The notes beneath the pieces were generated by a model. The model was not told the DNA's origin. It saw only the letters and a list, made by a program, of their open reading frames with translations, and made no database searches. Positions 8,739 through 17,808 of a DNA stretch of 64,000 nt are shown one piece after another (position 1 is the first letter of the stretch; each line of letters begins with the position of its first letter). The stretch is from Patescibacteria group bacterium (GTDB taxonomy: Bacteria; Patescibacteriota; Patescibacteriia; SBBC01; CAIJZX01), in assembly GCA_038065275.1 (NCBI GenBank), contig JBBTRH010000012.1, positions 14,374 through 78,373 on the forward strand, read 5' to 3'. The position numbers and the translations under genes were made by a program.

Positions 8739-11700
8739 CTACGGTTTTGTCAACCCTATCGTTACCACTCCGCCATCCAGCGTAATTTCGACTACTTGAC
8801 TCGCCCCCTCCACCGACGGCGTCACCGCCTTCGCCTTGACCTCTTTCAGGAATTCCTGGCTGTATATCTCGACGACTTTCGCCGCAGTCGTGTTCGGCTG
8901 AACGTGGGCAATAATCTCATCGCTCGGCTTCAACTTGGCGGTTTTGCGCAAGGCGTTGAATTCGCGAATCAAGTCGCGGAGCAGGCCCTCGGCTTTCAGT
9001 TCATCGGTCACGGTGATGTCGAGCGCCATATTATTACTCACCGCCCATTCGCTTCCGGTCGGTAATTTATCCGCCTGATGCAATTCCTTGACGTTCAGTT
9101 CATCGCGCACAATCTCGTCGAGATCGGGTCGCAACTGTTCGGTCGTCACAACTTGCTGTAGCGGTTGCCTGACTTTCAACCCGAACTTGGCGCGCAGGGC
9201 ATGACCCTCCTCAACAACGCGTCGGGCCACAGTCATGTCGCTTAACAAACGATTGTCGACCTCACCGACATTCGGCCAGTCTGCCAAATGCACTGATTCC
9301 AGTTCACCGCCGACCGCATGGTAGACGTGCTCGGCCAGGAACGGCGTGAACGGCGCCATCACAGTTGAAAGTTGTAAAAGAACGTGTTTCAGGGTGACGC
9401 TGGCTAGCGGCGCTTGGTCGGATTTGAAACGGTCGCGCGATCGGCGGACATACCAAGTTGATAAATCCGTCACGAAATCACCGATCGCCCGCGCCGCGCC
9501 GGTGATATCGTACTGCTCCAAACGCTTGGTCACATCGGCCACCAGCGTATTCAACAGTGAGTGAACCCAGCGATCCAGTGGATGAGCGGCTGGCCCCACC
9601 TCGGCCCCCTCCTTCGTGGACCTCTCGGCCTTGAGCTCGAGGTCGAAAGGAGGAGGGGTTAGGGGGTGGTTAGAATTCAGCTTCCAGAAGCTGACCACGT
9701 TCGCCAGGATCAAAAATGTCTTTTTTACGCCCTGATCGACGATCTTGAGATCGAAGTTCTTGCTGTCCCACGGCTGATTGGCCGTATACATGAACCAGCG
9801 CACCGCGTCGGCCCCGTGCGTGGCGAACAACTCATCGAGATCGCCGTAATTCTTCAGCGACTTCGATAATTTTCTGCCCCGGGCGTCGTTCAGGAACCCC
9901 AACACCACGACATTTTTGTACGACGGTTTTTTTACCACCCCGGCCTTTTGCAACAGCGTGCTGATCGCCAACAACGTGTAGAACCAACCGCGCGTTTGAT
10001 CAATCGCTTCGGAAATGTAGTCGGCCGGGTAGGCTTCGCCATGGTCAATCTTGTTTTTATTCTCAAACGGATAATGCCATTGCGCGAACGGCATCGACCC
10101 CGAATCGAACCAGGCGTCAGCCACTTCCGGAATGCGTCTCATCCGGCCCGACTTACAACTTGCACACTGCCAACTTACAACATCAATAAACGGCCGGTGC
10201 GGATCGAACGAGCCGTCGGGCTGGAACAATGACGCCGGAAATTTCAGTTCGATTGGTTGAGCGTTGTCCAATAGCGGCACGTCGTGAAGCACGGATTCCG
10301 GTTGGAGCGACAAGGCCCACCGCACGACGTAAATCGGGTCGCTGTGGGTCACGATTAGGATCGTCTTCCCTTCGTACTTGGCGTCTAGCTGATGAAGTAT
10401 GTTGAACATTCTGGCGCGGATTTGTAGCCACGTCTCGCCGCCCGGTGGCGCTTCATGGAGCCGGACGGCTCGATCACCGAAACCCTGGTGGAATTCCTCA
10501 ATAGTTTTCCCTTCATAGACCAGGCCGATGTGGTACTCATTCACCCGCGACTCGGTCGTGACCGCTAGTTTAATTTCCTGACCAATGATGTCGGCAGTTT
10601 CCTTGGCGCGGGCGAATTGCGATGAGATAATGACGTCAATCTTCTCGGTTTTTAACTTCTGGGCAACCTGCCGCGCTTGTTCGCGCCCCCGCGCCGTGAG
10701 CCCGGCCGTGCCGTCAGACAGCTCGGTATCCAGAGTCTCATTCAGATTGTTCGTCGACTCGCCGTGGCGGATGAAAATGTAGCGATTCCTGGTCGGTATT
10801 CGTTCCCGCAGTTCCTGATAACTCCCCAGGCACTCCTGATGTTTGCACTGATCGCACTGCCAGATGGGAATTGGCGTGCCCCAGTACCGTTCGCGGGAAA
10901 TGGCCCAGTCTTTCACTTCCCGCAACCACTCACCAAACCGACCGTCTTTAATGTGACCTGGGTACCAATTGATCTTTTCGTTGTTCCTGATCAGTTCATC
11001 GCGCAGTTTCGACATCATGATGAACCACGACGTTTTGGCGTAGTACAAGAGCGGGTGCTTACAGCGCCAGCAGAAAGGATAGTCATGTCGGTAGTTCTCA
11101 GCTTTGTAGAGTTTGCCGTGTTCTTGCAGCCACGCCATGATTTTTTTCTGTGTCTCCCCTTTCGGATCTTTCACTTCCAATCCGACCCAGGGTTTGACCA
11201 ACCCGTTAAACCTGCCTGTTTCATCAACCGTGTGGATTTTCGGTAAATCAAGATTCTTTCCCAGTTCGAAATCCTCAACGCCGTACATGACCGCGGTGTG
11301 GACGACGCCGGTGCCGTCTTCGGTCGTGACGAAGTCGGCTGGAACAATGGTGTAGGCGTTTCTGTTCGCACCCGCCGCCCCGCCGTCATTTTTCTCCGTA
11401 GGGGCGGGTTTGAAACCTGCCCCTACGTCGGCGGGGTGGGCCCTCCGCAAATCAACAAAATCAAACAGCGGTTTATATTTTTTTCCAACCAATTCAGATC
11501 CGTGGATAATCTGCAATGAACTTAGTTTTAGCGGTGTGCCAACATCCGCTTGACTTGCTCCGGCCACTTTTTCGGCATCTTTCAAGGCTTCCATTCTTTT
11601 TTGCGCAACAATAAACCGTTCACCCTCAGCGTTCGGAGTGGTTTTTACGTAATTTATTTTCTCGTCAACCGCTAACGCCACATTCCCCGGCAACGTCCAC

Positions 11701-12365
11701 GGCGTCGTGGTCCACGCCAACACGAACGTGCCTGGTTCATCGACGAGTTCGAATTTCACGTAGACCGAATCTTCTTCAATGTTTTGGTATCCTTGCGCGA
11801 CTTCGTGTGACGACAAAGCTGTTCCGCATCGCGGGCAATATGGCACAACTTTGTAATCTTGGGCCAGCAGTTTCTGATCCCAAACCTGTTTGAAAATCCA
11901 CCACAGCGTCTCGATGTACTCCGGTTGATAGGTAATGTAGGGATGGTCAACGTCGAGCCAAAAACCGACGCGCTCCGTCATCTTCTCCCACCGGTCTTTA
12001 AATTTCCAAACCGATTCTTTCGCTTTGGCGTTGAATTTTTCAATGCCGTACTTTTCAATGTCTTTTTTTCCCGACAGACCTAAATCTTTTTCCACCTCGA
12101 GCTCAACCGGTAACCCTTGCGTATCCCAACCGGCTTTCCGCTCGACGCGGTAGCCTTGCATCGTCTTGAAACGCGGGATAATGTCTTTGAAGGCCCGAGT
12201 TTCGACGTGACCGATGTGCGGAATGCCGTTGGCCGTCGGCGGACCGTCGTAGAAGACGAAATTGCCCTGCGGCGAGGGTTTCTGGAGCGTTTTCTTGAAG
12301 ATGTCCCTTTCTTTCCAGTCCTTCAGGATCTGCTCTTCAAGTTCGGGGAATTTGGGGATGGCCAT
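8739..12365 (-). CDS. ileS: isoleucyl-tRNA synthetase, type 2 (eukaryote/archaea-like), with an inserted ~200-aa histidine-phosphatase (PGM-family) domain
   Basis: HIGH motif PHIGHV, KMSKS variant RKLSKSL, editing-domain and tRNA-binding regions; insertion YIFIRHGES...THSD between the WQCDQCK and WQCASCK zinc-knuckle halves (about nt 10200-10800). Confidence 0.95.
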   Translation of the reverse strand: MAIPKFPELEEQILKDWKERDIFKKTLQKPSPQGNFVFYDGPPTANGIPHIGHVETRAFKDIIPRFKTMQGYRVERKAGWDTQGLPVELEVEKDLGLSGKKDIEKYGIEKFNAKAKESVWKFKDRWEKMTERVGFWLDVDHPYITYQPEYIETLWWIFKQVWDQKLLAQDYKVVPYCPRCGTALSSHEVAQGYQNIEEDSVYVKFELVDEPGTFVLAWTTTPWTLPGNVALAVDEKINYVKTTPNAEGERFIVAQKRMEALKDAEKVAGASQADVGTPLKLSSLQIIHGSELVGKKYKPLFDFVDLRRAHPADVGAGFKPAPTEKNDGGAAGANRNAYTIVPADFVTTEDGTGVVHTAVMYGVEDFELGKNLDLPKIHTVDETGRFNGLVKPWVGLEVKDPKGETQKKIMAWLQEHGKLYKAENYRHDYPFCWRCKHPLLYYAKTSWFIMMSKLRDELIRNNEKINWYPGHIKDGRFGEWLREVKDWAISRERYWGTPIPIWQCDQCKHQECLGSYQELRERIPTRNRYIFIRHGESTNNLNETLDTELSDGTAGLTARGREQARQVAQKLKTEKIDVIISSQFARAKETADIIGQEIKLAVTTESRVNEYHIGLVYEGKTIEEFHQGFGDRAVRLHEAPPGGETWLQIRARMFNILHQLDAKYEGKTILIVTHSDPIYVVRWALSLQPESVLHDVPLLDNAQPIELKFPASLFQPDGSFDPHRPFIDVVSWQCASCKSGRMRRIPEVADAWFDSGSMPFAQWHYPFENKNKIDHGEAYPADYISEAIDQTRGWFYTLLAISTLLQKAGVVKKPSYKNVVVLGFLNDARGRKLSKSLKNYGDLDELFATHGADAVRWFMYTANQPWDSKNFDLKIVDQGVKKTFLILANVVSFWKLNSNHPLTPPPFDLELKAERSTKEGAEVGPAAHPLDRWVHSLLNTLVADVTKRLEQYDITGAARAIGDFVTDLSTWYVRRSRDRFKSDQAPLASVTLKHVLLQLSTVMAPFTPFLAEHVYHAVGGELESVHLADWPNVGEVDNRLLSDMTVARRVVEEGHALRAKFGLKVRQPLQQVVTTEQLRPDLDEIVRDELNVKELHQADKLPTGSEWAVSNNMALDITVTDELKAEGLLRDLIREFNALRKTAKLKPSDEIIAHVQPNTTAAKVVEIYSQEFLKEVKAKAVTPSVEGASQVVEITLDGGVVTIGLTKP

Positions 12366-12447
12366 AAAGTCGCGATATATCAGATCGCGTAGTGAGTATA
12401 CGGGTTTACCGTGCGGCGGTCAATTCCGCCTCCCCCAACCCCTCCTG

Positions 12448-12522
12448 AATTCAGGAGAGGGGCGGTACCGAATACCGTCAGTCAATCTTGGTTAAGGTTC
12501 CCCTCCTCAATTGAGGAGGGGT
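12448..12522. terminator. pair of GC-rich hairpins (cccctcctgaattcaggagagggg; cccctcctcaattgaggagggg) downstream of the DUF559 gene
   Basis: perfect or near-perfect palindromes; the same CCCCTCC..GGAGGGG hairpin recurs at 14826-14848, 21796-21816 and 40085-40110. Confidence 0.5.
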
Positions 12523-12883
12523 AAGGGGCGGTGGCAATTTCCTCAATCTTTATTAACACCCCACTAATGTCTCCTATTACTTCCTCATTCCGAAAACGCA
12601 CAATCCGAACATACATAGTCTTCAGCCAATCCGTCCGCATCGCGTCGTGTTGTTGCTGAACCGGAGTATCATGCCCGGCGCCATCAAGCTCTATTCCGAG
12701 CCGAAGTTTCGGACAGTAAAAATCGAGCATGTAGTTCCCAATACTGTACTGTCGCCTAAATTTCAATCCGAGAAATCGCCGGCTACGCAAGTATTCCCAA
12801 AGAGCAACTTCTGGGCGCGTCGAAGCGCGCCGTAAGTATCGGCGTCGTTCGAGATGCAGATTGAGCGTACGAATACGAGGCAT
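12482..12883 (-). CDS. DUF559 (Vsr-like) endonuclease-domain protein
   Basis: motifs LWEYLR..FRRQ..IGNYMLDFYCPKLRLGIELDG..H; ATG at 12883 preceded by GGAGGA. Confidence 0.75.
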   Translation of the reverse strand: MPRIRTLNLHLERRRYLRRASTRPEVALWEYLRSRRFLGLKFRRQYSIGNYMLDFYCPKLRLGIELDGAGHDTPVQQQHDAMRTDWLKTMYVRIVRFRNEEVIGDISGVLIKIEEIATAPYPSSIEEGNLNQD

Positions 12884-12973
12884 GCGTCCTCCGCAAGCCA
12901 CCAATCACCTTCTAAGCTAGATCAAATTGCAAATACCGTCAAGGTCATGAACCAAAAAAACCACCCGAACGTT

Positions 12974-13189
12974 TCAGGTGGCGGATCGCAGACCGCGAAT
13001 GGTGATTTCGATGAAAATTACGACCACGGCGAGGATGCATCCGGTGCCGATGACAATTAGGGCGGTATCAAGCATCGCTGAGATCGTCACTTCCAACCGC
13101 GACCACGGCACCACCAAGAGCATCACTAGAAAAATGAACACGCCGAACCAGGGTTTCATCTCTCCCTCCAATTTCACCAAATCGGGCAC
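12974..13189 (-). CDS. small membrane protein (71 aa, hypothetical)
   Basis: two hydrophobic helices; no other support. Confidence 0.25.
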   Translation of the reverse strand: MPDLVKLEGEMKPWFGVFIFLVMLLVVPWSRLEVTISAMLDTALIVIGTGCILAVVVIFIEITIRGLRSAT

Positions 13190-13233
13190 GCCAAGCAGTC
13201 TGCGGCTACCCTACAGCAGATACCTATCGGCCG

Positions 13234-13345
13234 TCAACCCAGCACCGCTTTTACCATCAGTATTTTGGATTTCGTTTTTGCTACCAGCCGCAAGATCAAA
13301 TGACGCCACCCTGTGATGGTTATCAAAAGTGGTGCTGGGTCAAGT
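13234..13345. mobile_element. MITE/REPIN-like element copy A (diverged) with terminal inverted repeats gtcaacccagcaccgctttt / caaaagtggtgctgggtcaag
   Basis: terminal inverted repeats ~15/20 matched; same family as copies at 30791-30903 and 33229-33342. Confidence 0.5.
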
Positions 13346-13606
13346 GTAGCGAATCAGCTTTAGTCGGCTTCGTTGTCCCCTGACAATTTTCAACGTGGAC
13401 GCCGCAACGTGCAAGTGCCGTGCCAGGATTTCTAAAACGGCGGCATTCGCTTGGCCATCATCCGCTGGCGCAGTCACGCGAACGACAAGACGACCGTCGC
13501 GTTCAACGATCTCGTTGTGCTTGGCGCGGGGAATAACCTTAACCTCGACCCCGTTAGAAGCGGATACAATCCTAGCCGGCTTCAAAGGCATGGCGCGTTG
13601 ATTCAA
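13340..13606 (-). CDS. DUF167/YggU-family protein
   Basis: pattern GVEVKVIPRAKHNEIVE..LVVRVTAPADDGQANAAVLEILA is typical of UPF0235. Confidence 0.7.
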   Translation of the reverse strand: MNQRAMPLKPARIVSASNGVEVKVIPRAKHNEIVERDGRLVVRVTAPADDGQANAAVLEILARHLHVAASTLKIVRGQRSRLKLIRYT

Positions 13607-13639
13607 CGAATAGCTACCGCGTGCGAGATGATATCGCTT

Positions 13640-14791
13640 CTAACGGGACCGGTCCGCCGCACGCTTGTAGACGGCCAGCGTTTCCCTCGCCACCCGTTTC
13701 CAGGAAAAAAGCTTCGCTTGCTGTTTTCCGGCCCGGCTGAGTTTCTTAGCCAGCGCCGGCCGGATCAGGACCTGGCGGATATGTTCCGCGAGCGCGTCAA
13801 CATCGTCCGGCTCAGTCAGTAAGGCGGCCGGACCGGTAATTTCCGGGATTGAAGAGACTTTGGTGGTGATGACCGGCGTCCCGAGTTGCATCGCCTCGAG
13901 CACCGGCAGACCGAACCCTTCGTACCGCGTCGGGAAGACGAAGGCCGCCGCCTCTTGCATCAGTTTCACTTTATGGTTATGCGGCACGTACCCCAAGTAG
14001 CGGACAAACGATTTTTTCAGCGTTTTAATCTGATCAAGTATCTCTTCCCCTCGATAGCCGGCTCCGCCGGCGATGACTAACGCTACGCCCTTCACCGCCG
14101 CTGGCCGCAATTTGACCAGGCGCTGCCAAGCCTGAATGAGGATGGTAAGATTCTTTCGCGGGTCAATCGTTCCGACGTAACAGATATATCGTGGCGGTAA
14201 TTTGTAGACTCGGCGAACATCAGCCGAGCGGTCGCGAAGTTTCAACAGCGCCGTGTCGGCCGCTTCTGGCACCACCGTCACTTTCTTCGCCGACACGTTG
14301 AACAAGTTCAACAAGTCGCGCTTGGTCGCTTTGGAAACAGCGATGATGCCGGCAGCTTTCTTTATGGTTTGCGGTACCAACAGTCGCGTCGAAGCGATCT
14401 GCGACGGGAACCATTCCGGATGTTCGTAAATCGCTAGATCATGGATCGTCACCACTGTCGGTCGGCCGTAGGACAGCGGCATGACATTGGCTGTGGCGTG
14501 GAAAACATCGAGTCGGTCGCGAGTCAGGAAGGCCGCCAGCAGGAGGTGAGAGTAGGCGAAAGGGAGAAATTTCCCGTATCGCGAAAACGGTAAGCGCCGG
14601 ACGGTGACGTTCGATCGTTCCAGGTCGTCGGTCACCGCCGCCGGCATGCGGTGATCGAAGTAGAGGTAGAATTCGTCGGTCCGGTCGATCGCCAACAGCG
14701 CCTTCACTAGGTGGAAAGTGTAATGACCGACGCCGGCCCGTTCACCGGACCCCGGGTTAAGCATTGTTCGACAGTTTATGCCAATTCGCAT
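13640..14791 (-). CDS. glycosyltransferase family 4 (GT-B, group 1)
   Basis: C-terminal EGFGLPVLEAMQLGTPVITT motif; ~380 aa. Confidence 0.85.
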   Translation of the reverse strand: MRIGINCRTMLNPGSGERAGVGHYTFHLVKALLAIDRTDEFYLYFDHRMPAAVTDDLERSNVTVRRLPFSRYGKFLPFAYSHLLLAAFLTRDRLDVFHATANVMPLSYGRPTVVTIHDLAIYEHPEWFPSQIASTRLLVPQTIKKAAGIIAVSKATKRDLLNLFNVSAKKVTVVPEAADTALLKLRDRSADVRRVYKLPPRYICYVGTIDPRKNLTILIQAWQRLVKLRPAAVKGVALVIAGGAGYRGEEILDQIKTLKKSFVRYLGYVPHNHKVKLMQEAAAFVFPTRYEGFGLPVLEAMQLGTPVITTKVSSIPEITGPAALLTEPDDVDALAEHIRQVLIRPALAKKLSRAGKQQAKLFSWKRVARETLAVYKRAADRSR

Positions 14792-14934
14792 AAAGCGATG
14801 TTATTCGTCTACTCGCCTCTTCCCCTCCTTAGTTGAGGAGGGGACCTGCGCGTAGCGCAGGCGGGGGTGGTCAGAGGAGAGAGGAGTTTGGGGTGAGAAG
14901 GGGGGTCCGGCAGTCGATGCCGGTGCGCTTTGGT

Positions 14935-15189
14935 TTATCTCGGTCCATACAATTCTAACCGAACCCCGCGGTAGCCGTAAACGATCAGTACGCCGCCGGC
15001 AAAGGAAGAACCGACCGCCGCCATGAGGACGCGAATAGGTGTCCATCCGAAGACCGGCATGGCGTGGACGTTCCACAGCGCGCCGAGAATGAACACCAAG
15101 CCGAATCCAAGTCCGATGCTGGCTAGAACAAATTGTCGGTGGAGATGCTTCATTTGCCTATAGGATATCACAAACCGCCACTCAATCAA
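14935..15189 (-). CDS. small membrane protein (hypothetical)
   Basis: two TM helices; weak support. Confidence 0.3.
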   Translation of the reverse strand: MIEWRFVISYRQMKHLHRQFVLASIGLGFGLVFILGALWNVHAMPVFGWTPIRVLMAAVGSSFAGGVLIVYGYRGVRLELYGPR

Positions 15190-15243
15190 GCGCCGAAAAA
15201 GATCCCTCGCTGTTGTGCTCGGGATGATCCGATTAAGGCCAGA

Positions 15244-16869
15244 TCACATCTTTTCCGGCGCCGTCACGCCCATCACCTTCAATGCCCGTTGGAGCACCAG
15301 TTGCGTCGCTTTCACCAGGTCGAGCCGGTGTAACCAGACTTTGTCCCCATCAATGACGCGGCAGTTCGTGTAGAACTCATGGAACTTGGTAGCTAGCTCA
15401 ATCGCGTAGAACGGCAGTTTCTGCGTTTCGTAACTCCGGGCCACGTCGTTAATGATGATCGGAAATTGCAACAGCGTTTTGACCAGGTTCAGTTCGGAGG
15501 TGTGCGGCGCCGATTTTGACGGAACCGGCGGGAGTTTCCCCACCTTTTTCAGGATACTACTGATTCGAGCATGCGCATACTGAACGTAGAACACCGGATT
15601 CTTGTCCGACTTTTCCTTGGCCAGCGTCAAATCGAAATCCATGTGCGTGTCTGCGCGGTGCATCAGAAAGAAGAATCGCGCCACATCGAGGCCGACTTCG
15701 TCAACGACTTCTTCGAGCGTCACGTACGTTCCCGCGCGCTTTGACATTTTAACTTCGTGTCCATCTTTCATCAATCGTACGAGTTGTAAAAACTCAATGT
15801 GCAGTTGCTTGGCGTAACCTAAGGCCGACATGGCCGCCTGGAGCCGCGATTCGAAACCATGATGATCGGCGCCAAGAAATAATATTTCCCGGTCGAATCC
15901 GCGCATAGCAAATCGGTAATACCGCAAGGCCACATCCGCCATGATGTAGGCATTGGTACCATCGGATTTAATAATGACTCGATCTTTATCGTCGCCGTAA
16001 GCAGTCGTCCGAAACCAAGTCGCATCATCCTTTTGGTACAACAAATCATGACTCTTCAACACCTCCAGTGCTTTGATATTTAGTTGCTTTGTATAGAGCG
16101 TGCTTTCACAGAACCACGAATCGAAGGTTATCTTGAGTTTTTTGGCCACGACCCTTTGTAATTCCTTAACCATCGTCTCCAAGATTCGCCCCCTGATCCG
16201 GTCGCGGATGTCGGTCATGTCCTTCAGCTTCAACTTGTCGATTTTCAACTTCCGGGCCAGATCGGACACGTACTCGCCTTGATAGCACTGGGCGGGGTAG
16301 TCGGTCGGAATCCCCTGTTGTTGGAAGTAGCGGCGGATGACCGACTCGGCCAGAATGTCGACTTGGCGGCCGATGTCATTCAGATAGAATTCGCGCCAGA
16401 CTTTCCAACCGTTCATGGCCAGCACGTTCGCCAGCGTATCACCGCCGAACGCGCCGCGACCGTTGCCGAGCGTCATCGGTCCGGTCGGATTGGCCGAGAT
16501 GTATTCGACTAACACTTTCTTGCCTTTGCCGTCGAGGTTGGAACCAAACTTTGTATCGGCCAAAATCCCCTTCACCTGTTTCATAATCCACTGCGGCTTG
16601 AGAGTAAAGTTAATAAACCCAGGACCCGCCACTTCCGCCTTCTCTAACATTGATGCTACTAAGCCTAACTGAGCGATCAAGTTGGTAGCAATATCGCGTG
16701 GACCCTGACCAACAACTTTTGCTAATTTCAACGCCACGGTCGAGCTATAATCACCAAACTGCGCTTCAGCCGTCGGCTCGATTGGAATCTCGACATCTTT
16801 CACTGCCGAATAGGCTTTGCCAATTGCCTGGCGCAGGAGTTTTCGTAGCTGTTCGTCGGGAAGAATCAT
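15244..16869 (-). CDS. argS: arginyl-tRNA synthetase
   Basis: class I signature ISANPTGPMTLGNGRGAFGGD and KMSKRAGT; ATG at 16869 (track start 16884 is an upstream GTG). Confidence 0.9.
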   Translation of the reverse strand: MILPDEQLRKLLRQAIGKAYSAVKDVEIPIEPTAEAQFGDYSSTVALKLAKVVGQGPRDIATNLIAQLGLVASMLEKAEVAGPGFINFTLKPQWIMKQVKGILADTKFGSNLDGKGKKVLVEYISANPTGPMTLGNGRGAFGGDTLANVLAMNGWKVWREFYLNDIGRQVDILAESVIRRYFQQQGIPTDYPAQCYQGEYVSDLARKLKIDKLKLKDMTDIRDRIRGRILETMVKELQRVVAKKLKITFDSWFCESTLYTKQLNIKALEVLKSHDLLYQKDDATWFRTTAYGDDKDRVIIKSDGTNAYIMADVALRYYRFAMRGFDREILFLGADHHGFESRLQAAMSALGYAKQLHIEFLQLVRLMKDGHEVKMSKRAGTYVTLEEVVDEVGLDVARFFFLMHRADTHMDFDLTLAKEKSDKNPVFYVQYAHARISSILKKVGKLPPVPSKSAPHTSELNLVKTLLQFPIIINDVARSYETQKLPFYAIELATKFHEFYTNCRVIDGDKVWLHRLDLVKATQLVLQRALKVMGVTAPEKM

Positions 16870-16943
16870 GATTCTAGTATACACTATTTTCCGGAAGAAG
16901 TGCGTGCTATACTGAATGTGTCCCTATCACTGACTACATCGAC

Positions 16944-17312
16944 ATGAAAAAGAGATTCTACCTGGTAATGCTTTCCGTTTTTTTAGTCTTGAGTCTTGGA
17001 GTGACGTATGGCCGAACCGGTTTCTATGACAACCGCTGTCACCAACCGAAACAAACAGTTACCTATGGAACTACCGTGTACACGATTGCCCCGTGTAGCG
17101 GAACAACCATCCAAGAAAAACGTTTTGGATTTCCCGCTTTCTATACATTTGGCCATCAAGCTGAGTTCGGCATAGCACCAAGCTTATTTGACACTGGTTT
17201 GTTTATTCTGAATTTGCTCTGGATCGGCACGGTGAGTTTTCTCGCCGCCGTATTCACGCTACCTCGGAAGAAGCAGTTGCCATCTCCAACACCGACATCT
17301 GATCATACGTAG
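16944..17312 (+). CDS. secreted/anchored hypothetical protein (signal peptide plus C-terminal TM); lower GC than neighbours
   Basis: N-terminal signal MKKRFYLVMLSVFLVLSLGV, Cys pair, C-terminal hydrophobic helix. Confidence 0.4.
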   Translation: MKKRFYLVMLSVFLVLSLGVTYGRTGFYDNRCHQPKQTVTYGTTVYTIAPCSGTTIQEKRFGFPAFYTFGHQAEFGIAPSLFDTGLFILNLLWIGTVSFLAAVFTLPRKKQLPSPTPTSDHT

Positions 17313-17329
17313 TATTCATTTCGTCCGTT

Positions 17330-17776
17330 ATGCCGAACTACGCCACCAACCGCGAAGCTTTCCATAACTACGAAATCCTCGAAAAAATCGAGGCCGGTGT
17401 TGTCTTGACCGGCGCGGAGGTGAAATCGGTCAAGAACGGCAACGTCTCGTTGAAAGGGAGCTACGCCGCCATCCAGCAATCCCAGCTCCAACTCCTGAAC
17501 ATGCACATCGGCCACTACAAACCGGCTGGACCATTAAAAATCGATACCGACCGCTCCCGACGTTTACTCATCCGGCGCACGGACATCGACCGCTTCATCG
17601 GCAAAATCCACTCCACCGGCCTGACCCTCGTTCCTCTTTCCGTTTACAGCAAGAGCGGATTAATTAAGGTCGAACTCGGCCTCGGCCGCGGTAAAAAATC
17701 TTATGACAAACGCGCCAGTATTAAGAAACGGGAAACGAACCGACAGATTGGCAGAGCGATGAGGGTGAAAGCATAA
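17330..17776 (+). CDS. smpB: SsrA-binding protein SmpB
   Basis: N-terminal NREAFHNYEILEKIEAGVVLTGAEVKSVK...GSYA is the SmpB signature. Confidence 0.9.
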   Translation: MPNYATNREAFHNYEILEKIEAGVVLTGAEVKSVKNGNVSLKGSYAAIQQSQLQLLNMHIGHYKPAGPLKIDTDRSRRLLIRRTDIDRFIGKIHSTGLTLVPLSVYSKSGLIKVELGLGRGKKSYDKRASIKKRETNRQIGRAMRVKA

Positions 17777-17808
17777 AGAATCGTGTTCCTACTAAGGCTA
17801 ATGTCGAA

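Noticed and set aside
8796-12392. Many 60-190-aa ORFs antisense to or overlapping ileS, and likewise inside nrdJ, the giant gene, ftsA and others
   Set aside because: These are typical spurious open frames of GC-rich DNA opposite well-supported long genes. They have no Shine-Dalgarno sites or motifs.
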